From assembly GCA_043228905.1 (NCBI GenBank), contig JBHGNT010000082.1:36832-100831 (forward strand): a DNA stretch of 64,000 nucleotides, written 5' to 3'. The notes beneath the pieces were generated by a model. That model made no database searches. It was given only the letters and a program-made list of their open reading frames with translations, and was not told the origin of the DNA. Each line of letters starts with the position of its first letter. Position 1 is the first letter of the stretch. Shown one piece after another: positions 53,171-64,000 of the stretch. The stretch comes from Azolla caroliniana (lineage: Eukaryota; Plantae; Polypodiophyta). The position numbers and the translations under genes are program-made.

Positions 53171-56100
53171 TTTTTTAATTCTATATCATAGCTAGCGTTG
53201 TTAGCTTCGATTCGCATGTTTGAACACAAAAATCCGATATCACACGAGCCAGGTATGAACATTTTAATTTACTCACTAGCTCTTCTCAACTCCCTCCTCA
53301 AATATTGTAATTTCTTCATGTCTCTCGACCTGAGTTTCAAAATCTCGATTATTTAATTCTATATCATAGCTAGCGTTGTTATCTTCGATTCGCATGTTTG
53401 AACACAAAAATCCGATACCACACGTGCCAGGTCTGAACATTTTAATTTACTGACTGGCTCTTCTCAACTCCTTCTTGAAATATGCTAATTTCCTCATGTC
53501 TCTCGACCTGAGTTTCAAAATCTCGATTTTTTAATTCTATATGATAGCTAGCGTTGTTAGCTTCGATTCGCATGTTTGAACACAAAAATCCGATATCACA
53601 CGAGCCAGGTATGAACATTTTAATTTACTCACTAGCTCTTCTCAACTCCCTCCTCAAATATTGTAATTTCCTCATGTCTTTCGACGTCAGTTTCAAAATC
53701 TTGATTTTTTAATTCTATATCATAACTAGCCTTGTTAGCTTCGATTTGCATGTTTGAACACAGAAATCCGATATCACACGAGCCAGGTATGACCATTTTA
53801 ATTTACTCACTGGCTCTTCTCAACTCCCTCCTCAAATATGCTAATTTCGGCATGTCTCTCGACCTGAGTTTCAAAATCTTGATTTTTTAATTCTATATCA
53901 TAGCTAGCCTTGTTAGTTTCGATTCGCATGTTTGAACACAGAAATCCGATATCACACGAGCCAGGTATGACCATTTTAATTTACTCACTCGCTCTTCTCA
54001 ACTCCCTCCTCCAACATGCTAATTTCCTCATGTCTTTCGACGTCAGTTTCAAAATCTTGATTTTTTAATTCTATATCATAGCTAGCGTTGTTAGCTTCGA
54101 TTCGCATGTTTGAACACAGAAATCCGATATCACACGAGCCAGGTATGAACATTTTAATTTACTCACTAGCTCTTCTCAACTCCCTCCTCAAATATTGTAA
54201 TTTTTTCATGTCTCTCGACCTGAGTTTTAAAATCTCGATTATTTAATTCTATATCATAGCTAGCGTTGTTATCTTCGATTCGCATGTTTGAACACAAAAA
54301 TCCGATATCAGACGTCCCAGGTATGAACATTTTAATTTACTGACTGGCTCTTCTCAACTCCTTCTTGAAATACGCTAATTTCCTCATGTCTCTCGACCTG
54401 AGTTTCAAAATCTCAATTTTTTAATTCTATATCATAGCTAGCGTTGTTAGCTTCGATTCGCATGTTTGAACACAAAAATCCGATATCACACGAGCCAGGT
54501 ATGAACATTTTAATTTACTCACTAGCTCTTCTCAACTCCCTCCTCAAATATTGTAATTTCTTCATGTCTCTCGACCTGAGTTTCAAAATCTCGATTATTT
54601 AATTCTATATCATAGCTAGCGTTGTTATCTTCGATTCGCATGTTTGAACACAAAAATCCGATATCACACGTGCCAGGTTTGAACATTTTAATTTACTGAC
54701 TGGCTCTTCTCAACTCCTTCTTGAAATATGCTAATTTCCTCATGTCTCTCGACCTGAGTTTCAAAATTTCGATTTTTTAATTCTATATGATAGCTAGCGT
54801 TGTTAGCTTCGATTCGCATGTTTGAACACAAAAATCCGATATCACACGAGCCAGGTATGAACATTTTAATTTACTCACTAGCTCTTCTCAACTCCCTCCT
54901 CAAATATTCTAATTTCCTCATGTCTTTCGACGTGAGTTTCAAAATCTTGATTTCTAAATTCTATATCAAAGCTAGCGTTGTTAGCTTCGATTCGCATGTT
55001 TGAACAGAGAAATCGGATATCACACGTGCCAGGTTTGACCAGTTTAATTTACTCACTCGCTCTTCTCAACTCCCTCCTCAAATATGCTAATTTCCTCATG
55101 TCTCTCGACCTGAGTTTCAAAATCTCGATTTTTTAATTCTATGTCATAGCTAGCCTTGTTAGCTTCGATTCGCATGTTTGAACACAGAAATCCGATATCA
55201 CACGAGCCAGGTATGACCATTTTAATTTACTCACTCGCTCTTCTCAACTCCCTCCTCCAACATGCTAATTTCCTCATGTCTTTCGACGTCAGTTTCAAAA
55301 TCTCGATTTTTTAATTCTATATCATAGCTAGCCTTGTTAGCTTCGATTTGCATGTTTGAACACAGAAATCCGATATCACACGAGCCAGGTATGACCATTT
55401 TAATTTACTCACTAGCTCTTCTCAACTCCCTCCTCAAATATGCTAATTTCCGCATGTCTCTCGACCTGAGTTTCAAAATCTTGATTTTTTAATACTATAT
55501 CATAACTAGCCTTGTTAGCTTCGATTTGCATGTTTGAACACAGAAATCCGATATCACACGAGCCAGGTATGACCATTTTAATTTACTCACACGCTCTTCT
55601 CAACTCCCTCCTCAAATATGCTAATTTCTTCATGTCTCTTGACCTGAGTTTCAAAATCTCGATTTTTTAATTCTATATCATAGCTAGCCTTGTTAGCTTC
55701 GATTTGCATGTTTGAACACAGAAATCCGATATCACACGAGCCAGGTATGACCATTTTAATTTACTCACTCGCTCTTCTCAACTCCCTCCTCAAATATGCT
55801 AATTTCCTCATGTCTTTCGACGTCAGTTTCAAAATCTCGATTTTTTAATTCTATATCATAGCTAGCCTTGTTAGTTTCGATTCGCATGTTTGAACACAGA
55901 AATCCGATATCACACGAGCCAGGTATGACCATTTTAATTTACTCACTCGCTCTTCTCAACTCCCTCCTCCAGCATGCTAATTTCCTCATGTCTTTCGACC
56001 TGAGTTTCGAAATCACGATTTTTTAATTCTATATCATAGCTAGCGTTGTTAGCTTCGATTCGCATGTTTTAACACAAAAATCCGATATCACACGAGCCAG

Positions 56101-59100
56101 GTATGAACATTTTAATTTACTCACTAGCTCTTCTCAACTCCCTCCTCAAATATTGTAATTTCTTCATGTCTCTCGACCTGAGTTTCAAAATCTCGATTAT
56201 TTAATTCTATATCATAGCTAGCGTTGTTATCTTCGATTCGCATGTTTGAACACAAAAATCCGATATCACACGTGCCAGGTCTGAACATTTTAATTTACTC
56301 ACTAGCTCTTCTCAACTCCCTCCTCAAATATGCTAATTTCTTCATGTCTCTCGACCTGAGTTTCAAAATCTCGATTTTTTAATTCTATATCATAGCTAGC
56401 CGTGTTAGCTTCGATTTGCATGTTTGAACACAGAAATCCGATATCACACGAGCCAGGTCTGAACATTTTAATTTACTGACTGGCTCTTCTCAACTCCTTC
56501 TTGAAATATGCTAATTTCCTCATGTCTCTCGACCTGAGTTTCAAAATTTCGATTTTTTAATTCTATATGATAGCTAGCGTTGTTAGCTTCGATTCGCATG
56601 TTTGAACACAAAAATTCGATATCACACGAGCCAGGTATGAACATTTTAATTTACTCACTAGCTCTTCTCAACTCCCTCCTCAAATATTCTAATTTCCTCA
56701 TGTCTTTCGACGTGAGTTTCAAAATCTCGATTTTTTAATTCTATATCATAGCTAGCCTTGTTAGCTTCGATTCGCATGTTTGAACACAGAAATCCGATAT
56801 CACACGAGCCAGGTATGACCATTTTAATTTACACACACGCTCTTCTCAACTCCCTCCTCAAATATGCTAATTTCTTCATGTCTCTCGACCTGAGTTTCAA
56901 AATCTCGATTTTTTAATTCTATATCATAGCTAGCCTTGTTAGCTTCGATTTGCATGTTTGAACACAGAAATCCGATATCACACGAGCCAGGTATGACCAT
57001 TTTAATTTACTCACTCGCTCTTCTCAACGCCCTCCTCAAATATGCTAATTTCCTCATGTCTTTCGACGTCAGTTTCGAAATCACGATTTTTTAAGTCTAT
57101 ATCATAGCTAGCCTTGTTAGTTTCGATTCGCATGTTTGAACACAGAAATCCGATATCACACGAGCCAGGTATGACCATTTTAATTTACTCACTGACTCTT
57201 CTCAACTCCCTCCTCAAATATGCTAATTTCCTCATGTCTCTCGACCTGAGTTTCAAAATCTCGATTTTTTAATTCTATATCATAGCTAGCCTTGTTAGTT
57301 TCGATTCGCATGTTTGAACACAGAAATCCGATATCACACGAGCCAGGTATGACCATTTTAATTTACTCACTCGCTCTTCTCAACTCCCTCCTCAAATATG
57401 CTAATTTCTTCATGTCTCTCGACCTGAGTTTCAAAATCTCGATTTTTTAATTCTATATCATAGCTATCCGTGTTAGCTTCGATTTGCATGTTTGAACACA
57501 GAAATCCGATATCACACGAGCCAGGTATGACCAATTTAATTTACTCACTGGCTCTTCTCAACTCCCTCCTCAAATATGCTAATTTCCTCATGTCTCTCAC
57601 CTGAGTTTCGAAATCTCGATTTTTTAATTCTATATCATAGCTAGCCTTGTTAGTTTCGATTCGCATGTTTGAACACAGAAATCCGATATCACACGAGCCA
57701 GGTATGACCATTTTAATTTACTCACTCGCTCTTCTCAACTCCCTCCTCCAGCATGCTAATTTCCTCATGTCTTTCGACGTCAGTTTCGAAATCACGATTT
57801 TTTAAGTCTATATCATAGCTAGCCTTGTTAGTTTCGATTCGCATGTTTTAACACAGAAATCCGATATCACACGAGCCAGGTATGACCATTTTAATTTACT
57901 CACACGCTCTTCTCAACTCCCTCCTCAAATATGCTAATTTCTTCATGTCTCTCGACCTAAGTTTCAAAATCTCGATTTTTTAATTCTATATCATAGCTAG
58001 CCTTGTTAGCTTCGATTCGCATGTTTGAACACAGAAATCCGATATCACACGAGCCAGGTATGACCATTTTAATTTACACACACGCTCTTCTCAACTCCCT
58101 CCTCAAATATGCTAATTTCTTCATGTCTCTCGACCTGAGTTTCAAAATCTCGATTTTTTAATTCTATATCATAGCTAGCCTTGTTAGCTTCGATTTGCAT
58201 GTTTGAACACAGAAATCCGATATCACACGAGCCAGGTATGACCATTTTAATTTACTCACTCGCTCTTCTCAACTCCCTCCTCAAATATGCTAATTTCCTC
58301 ATGTCTTTCGACGTCAGTTTCGAAATCACGATTTTTTAAGTCTATATCATAGCTAGCCTTGTTAGTTTCGATTCGCATGTTTGAACACAGAAATCCAATA
58401 TCACACGAGCCAGGTATGACCATTTTAATTTACTCACTGACTCTTCTCAACTCCCTCCTCAAATATGCTAATTTCCTCATGTCTCTCGACCTGAGTTTCA
58501 AAATCTCGATTTTTTAATTCTATATCATAGCTAGCCTTGTTAGTTTCGATTCGCATGTTTGAACACAGAAATCCGATATCACACGAGCCAGGTATGACCA
58601 TTTTAATTTACTCACTCGCTCTTCTCAACTCCCTCCTCAAATATGCTAATTTCTTCATGTCTCTCGACCTGAGTTTCAAAATCTCGATTTTTTAATTCTA
58701 TATCATAGCTAGCCGTGTTAGCTTCGATTTGCATGTTTGAACACAGAAATCCGATATCACACGAGCCAGGTCTGAACATTTTAATTTACTGACTGGCTCT
58801 TCTCAACTCCTTCTTGAAATATGCTAATTTCCTCATGTCTCTCGACCTGAGTTTCAAAATTTCGATTTTTTAATTCTATATGATAGCTAGCGTTGTTAGC
58901 TTCGATTCGCATGTTTGAACACAAAAATTCGATATCACACGAGCCAGGTATGAACATTTTAATTTACGCACTAGCTCTTCTCAACTCCCTCCTCAAATAT
59001 TCTAATTTCCTCATGTCTTTCGACGTGAGTTTCAGAATCTCGATTTTTTAATTCTATATCATAGCTAGCCTTGTTAGCTTCGATTCGCATGTTTGAACAC

Positions 59101-62100
59101 AGAAATCCGATATCACACGAGCCAGGTATGACCATTTTAATTTACACACACGCTCTTCTCAACTCCCTCCTCAAATATGCTAATTTCTTCATGTCTCTCG
59201 ACCTGAGTTTCAAAATCTCGATTTTTTAATTCTATATCATAGCTAGCCTTGTTAGCTTCGATTTGCATGTTTGAACAAAGAAATCCGATATCACACGAGC
59301 CAGGTATGACCATTTTAATTTACTCACTGACTCTTCTCAACTCCCTCCTCAAATATGCTAATTTCCTCATGTCTCTCGACCTGAGTTTCAAAATCTCGAT
59401 TTTTTAATTCTATATCATAGCTAGCCTTGTTAGCTTCGATTTGCATGTTTGAACACAGAAATCCGATATCACACGAGCCAGGTATGACCATTTTAATTTA
59501 CTCACACGCTCTTCTCAACTCCCTCCTCAAATATGCTAATTTCCTCATGTCTCTCGACTTGAGTTTCAAAATCTCGATTTTTTAATTCTATATCAGAGCT
59601 AGCCTTGTTAGCTTCGATTTGCATGTTTGAACACAGAAATCCGATATCACACGAGCCAGGTATGACCATTTTAATTTACTCACTCGCTCTTCTCAACTCC
59701 CTCCTCCAGCATGCTAATTTCCTCATGTCTCTCACCTAAGTTTCAAAATCTCGATTTTTTAATTCTATATCATAGCTAGCCTTGTTAGCTTCGATTTGCA
59801 TGTTTGAACACAGAAATCCGATATCACACGAGCCAGGTATGACCATTTTAATTTACTCACTCGCTCTTCTCAACTCCCTCCTCCAGCATGCTAATTTCCT
59901 CATGTCTTTCGACCTGAGTTTCAAAATCACGAATTTTTAATTCTATATCATAGCTAGGCTTGTTAGTTTCGATTCGCATGTTTGAACACAGATATCCGAT
60001 ATCACACGAGCCAGGTATGACCATTTTAATTTACACACACGCTCTTCTCAACTCCCTCCTCAAATATGCTAATTTCTTCATGTCTCTCGACCTGAGTTTC
60101 AAAATCTCGATTTTTTAATTCTATATCATAGCTAGCCTTGTTAGTTTCGATTCGCATGTTTGAACACAGAAATCCGATATCACACGAGCCAGGTATGACC
60201 ATTTTAATTTACTCACACGCTCTTCTCAACTCCCTCCTCCAGCATGCTAATTTCTTCATGTCTTTCGACGTCAGTTTCGAAATCACGATTTTTTAAGTCT
60301 ATATCATAGCTAGCCTTGTTAGCTTCGATTTGCATGTTTGAACACAGAAATCCGATATCACACGAGCCAGGTATGACCATTTTAATTTACTCACTCGCTC
60401 TTCTCAACTCCCTCCTCCAGCATGCTAATTTCCTCATGTCTTTCGACGTCAGTTTCGAAATCACGATTTTTTAAGTCTATATCATAGCTAGCCTTGTTAG
60501 TTTCGATTCGCATGTTTGAACACAGAAATCCGATATCACACGAGCCAGGTATGACCATTTTAATTTACTCACTGGCTCTTCTCAACTCCCTCCTCAAATA
60601 TGCTAATTTCCTCAATTCTCTCGACCTGAGTTTCAAAATCACGAATTTTTAATTCTATATCATAGCTAGGCTTGTTAGCTTCGATTCGCATGTTTGAACA
60701 CAAAAATCCGATATCAGACGTCCCAGGTATGAACATTTTAATTTACTGACTGGCTCTTCTCAACTCCTTCTTGAAATACGCTAATTTCCTCATGTCTCTC
60801 GACCTGAGTTTCAAAATCTCAATTTTTTAATTTTATATCATAGCTAGCCTTGTTAGTTTCGATTCGCATGTTTGAACACAGAAATCCGATATCACACGAG
60901 CCAGGTATGACCATTTTAATTTACTCACTCGCTCTTCTCAACTCCCTCCTCCAGCATGCTAATTTCCTCATGTCTTTCGACGTCAGTTTCGAAATCACGA
61001 TTTTTTAAGTCTATATCATAGCTAGCCTTGTTAGTTTCGATTCGCATGTTTTAACACAGAAATCCGATATCACACGAGCCAGGTATGACCATTTTAATTT
61101 ACTCACACGCTCTTCTCAACTCCCTCCTCAAATATGCTAATTTCTTCATGTCTCTCGACCTAAGTTTCAAAATCTCGATTTTTTAATTCTATATCATAGC
61201 TAGCCTTGTTAGCTTCGATTCGCATGTTTGAACACAGAAATCCGATATCACACGAGCCAGGTATGACCATTTTAATTTACTCACTGGCTCTTCTCAACTC
61301 CCTCCTCAAATATGCTAATTTCCTCATGTCTCTCGACCTGAGTTTCAAAATCACGATTTTTTAATTCTATATCATAGCTAGCGTTGTTAGCTTCGATTCG
61401 CATGTTTTAACACAAAAATCCGATATCACACGAGCCAGGTATGAACATTTTAATTTACTCACTAGCTCTTCTCAACTCCCTCCTCAAATATTGTAATTTC
61501 TTCATGTCTCTCGACCTGAGTTTCAAAATCTCGATTATTTAATTCTATATCATAGCTAGCGTTGTTATCTTCGATTCGCATGTTTGAACACAAAAATCCG
61601 ATATCACACGTGCCAGGTCTGAACATTTTAATTTACTCACTAGCTCTTCTCAACTCCCTCCTCAAATATGCTAATTTCTTCATGTCTCTCGACCTGAGTT
61701 TCAAAATCTCGATTTTTTAATTCTATATCATAGCTAGCCGTGTTAGCTTCGATTTGCATGTTTGAACACAGAAATCCGATATCACACGAGCCAGGTCTGA
61801 ACATTTTAATTTACTGACTGGCTCTTCTCAACTCCTTCTTGAAATATGCTAATTTCCTCATGTCTCTCGACCTGAGTTTCAAAATTTCGATTTTTTAATT
61901 CTATATGATAGCTAGCGTTGTTAGCTTCGATTCGCATGTTTGAACACAAAAATTCGATATCACACGAGCCAGGTATGAACATTTTAATTTACTCACTAGC
62001 TCTTCTCAACTCCCTCCTCAAATATTCTAATTTCCTCATGTCTTTCGACGTGAGTTTCAAAATCTCGATTTTTTAATTCTATATCATAGCTAGCCTTGTT

Positions 62101-64000
62101 AGCTTCGATTCGCATGTTTGAACACAGAAATCCGATATCACACGAGCCAGGTATGACCATTTTAATTTACACACACGCTCTTCTCAACTCCCTCCTCAAA
62201 TATGCTAATTTCTTCATGTCTCTCGACCTGAGTTTCAAAATCTCGATTTTTTAATTCTATATCATAGCTAGCCTTGTTAGCTTCGATTTGCATGTTTGAA
62301 CACAGAAATCCGATATCACACGAGCCAGGTATGACCATTTTAATTTACTCACTCGCTCTTCTCAACGCCCTCCTCAAATATGCTAATTTCCTCATGTCTT
62401 TCGACGTCAGTTTCGAAATCACGATTTTTTAAGTCTATATCATAGCTAGCCTTGTTAGTTTCGATTCGCATGTTTGAACACAGAAATCCGATATCACACG
62501 AGCCAGGTATGACCATTTTAATTTACTCACTGACTCTTCTCAACTCCCTCCTCAAATATGCTAATTTCCTCATGTCTCTCGACCTGAGTTTCAAAATCTC
62601 GATTTTTTAATTCTATATCATAGCTAGCCTTGTTAGTTTCGATTCGCATGTTTGAACACAGAAATCCGATATCACACGAGCCAGGTATGACCATTTTAAT
62701 TTACTCACTCGCTCTTCTCAACTCCCTCCTCAAATATGCTAATTTCTTCATGTCTCTCGACCTGAGTTTCAAAATCTCGATTTTTTAATTCTATATCATA
62801 GCTATCCGTGTTAGCTTCGATTTGCATGTTTGAACACAGAAATCCGATATCACACGAGCCAGGTATGACCAATTTAATTTACTCACTGGCTCTTCTCAAC
62901 TCCCTCCTCAAATATGCTAACTTCCTCATGTCTCTCACCTGAGTTTCGAAATCTCGATTTTTTAATTCTATATCATAGCTAGCCTTGTTAGTTTCGATTC
63001 GCATGTTTGAACACAGAAATCCGATATCACACGAGCCAGGTATGACCATTTTAATTTACTCACTCGCTCTTCTCAACTCCCTGCTCCAGCATGCTAATTT
63101 CCTCATGTCTTTCGACGTCAGTTTCGAAATCACGATTTTTTAAGTCTATATCATAGCTAGCCTTGTTAGTTTCGATTCGCATGTTTTAACACAGAAATCC
63201 GATATCACACGAGCCAGGTATGACCATTTTAATTTACTCACACGCTCTTCTCAACTCCCTCCTCAAATATGCTAATTTCTTCATGTCTTTCGACGTGAGT
63301 TTCAAAATCTCGATTTTTTAATTCTATATCATAGCTAGCCTTGTTAGCTTCGATTCGCATGTTTGAACACAGAAATCCGATATCACACGAGCCAGGTATG
63401 ACCATTTTAATTTACACACACGCTCTTCTCAACTCCCTCCTCAAATATGCTAATTTCTTCATGTCTCTCGACCTGAGTTTCAAAATCTCGATTTTTTAAT
63501 TCTATATCATAGCTAGCCTTGTTAGCTTCGATTTGCATGTTTGAACACAGAAATCCGATATCACACGAGCCAGGTATGACCATTTTAATTTACTCACTCG
63601 CTCTTCTCAACTCCCTCCTCAAATATGCTAATTTCCTCATGTCTTTCGACGTCAGTTTCGAAATCACGATTTTTTAAGTCTATATCATAGCTAGCCTTGT
63701 TAGTTTCGATTCGCATGTTTGAACACAGAAATCCGATATCACACGAGCCAGGTATGACCATTTTAATTTACTCACACGCTCTTCTCAACTCCCTCCTCAA
63801 ATATGCTAATTTCCTCATGTCTCTCGACCTGAGTTTCAAAATCTCGATTTTTTAATTCTATATCATAGCTAGCCTTGTTAGTTTCGATTCGCATGTTTGA
63901 ACACAGAAATCCGATATCACACGAGCCAGGTATGACCATTTTAATTTACTCACTCGCTCTTCTCAACTCCCTCCTCAAATATGCTAATTTCTTCATGTCT
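53170..64000. repeat. Copy 2 (partial, runs off window) of the 14,770-bp duplication unit
   Basis: Matches 38400-49230, including the 1-bp deletion monomers (42828/57598, 44963/59733, 48166/62936). Only about eight substitutions found by eye. Confidence 0.92.

Larger units (their letters stand above)
1041..64000. repeat. 178-bp tandem satellite array, ~354 head-to-tail monomers, single orientation, continuing past the window end (candidate centromeric/pericentromeric satellite)
   Basis: Approximate consensus TAGCCTTGTTAGCTTCGATTCGCATGTTTGAACACAGAAATCCGATATCACACGAGCCAGGTATGACCATTTTAATTTACTCACTCGCTCTTCTCAACTCCCTCCTCAAATATGCTAATTTCCTCATGTCTCTCGACCTGAGTTTCAAAATCTCGATTTTTTAATTCTATATCATAGC (178 nt). 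Spacings of equivalent sites are multiples of 178: 8344-6208=12x178, 25789-16177=54x178, 33266-29884=19x178, 37538-33266=24x178. Confidence 0.99.

Noticed and set aside
1046-55003. The 14 short ORFs in the supplied track (MLASIRMFEH... family and 1121-1303)
   Set aside because: They are translations of the satellite, mostly starting at TTG. They appear only where a point variant removes a stop codon, and show no recognisable protein features.
1041-64000. CRISPR array or other prokaryotic repeat system with an adjacent RT
   Set aside because: There are no unique spacers; the whole 178 bp repeats contiguously. There are no cas genes, and the RT has PLE rather than group II intron, retron or DGR motifs.

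Overview
This window is eukaryotic repetitive DNA with no host genes. Bases 1-~1043 are a 5'-truncated but uninterrupted reverse transcriptase reading frame of a Penelope-like retroelement (PLE) on the minus strand. The supplied ORF track misses it because the frame runs off the window edge without a stop. From ~1041 to 64000 is one unbroken, single-orientation array of a 178-bp satellite (~354 monomers), plausibly centromeric or pericentromeric, which I cannot assign to a known family. The array is highly structured. It has diverged monomers at the retroelement junction, two monomer-variant domains, local higher-order repeats (5-, 7-, 14-, 19-, 23/24- and 30-mers) and a very recent head-to-tail 14,770-bp (83-monomer) duplication. 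The monomer itself may derive from an ancient dimer of ~89-bp halves. All listed short ORFs are satellite by-products. Organism and centromere function cannot be established from sequence alone.
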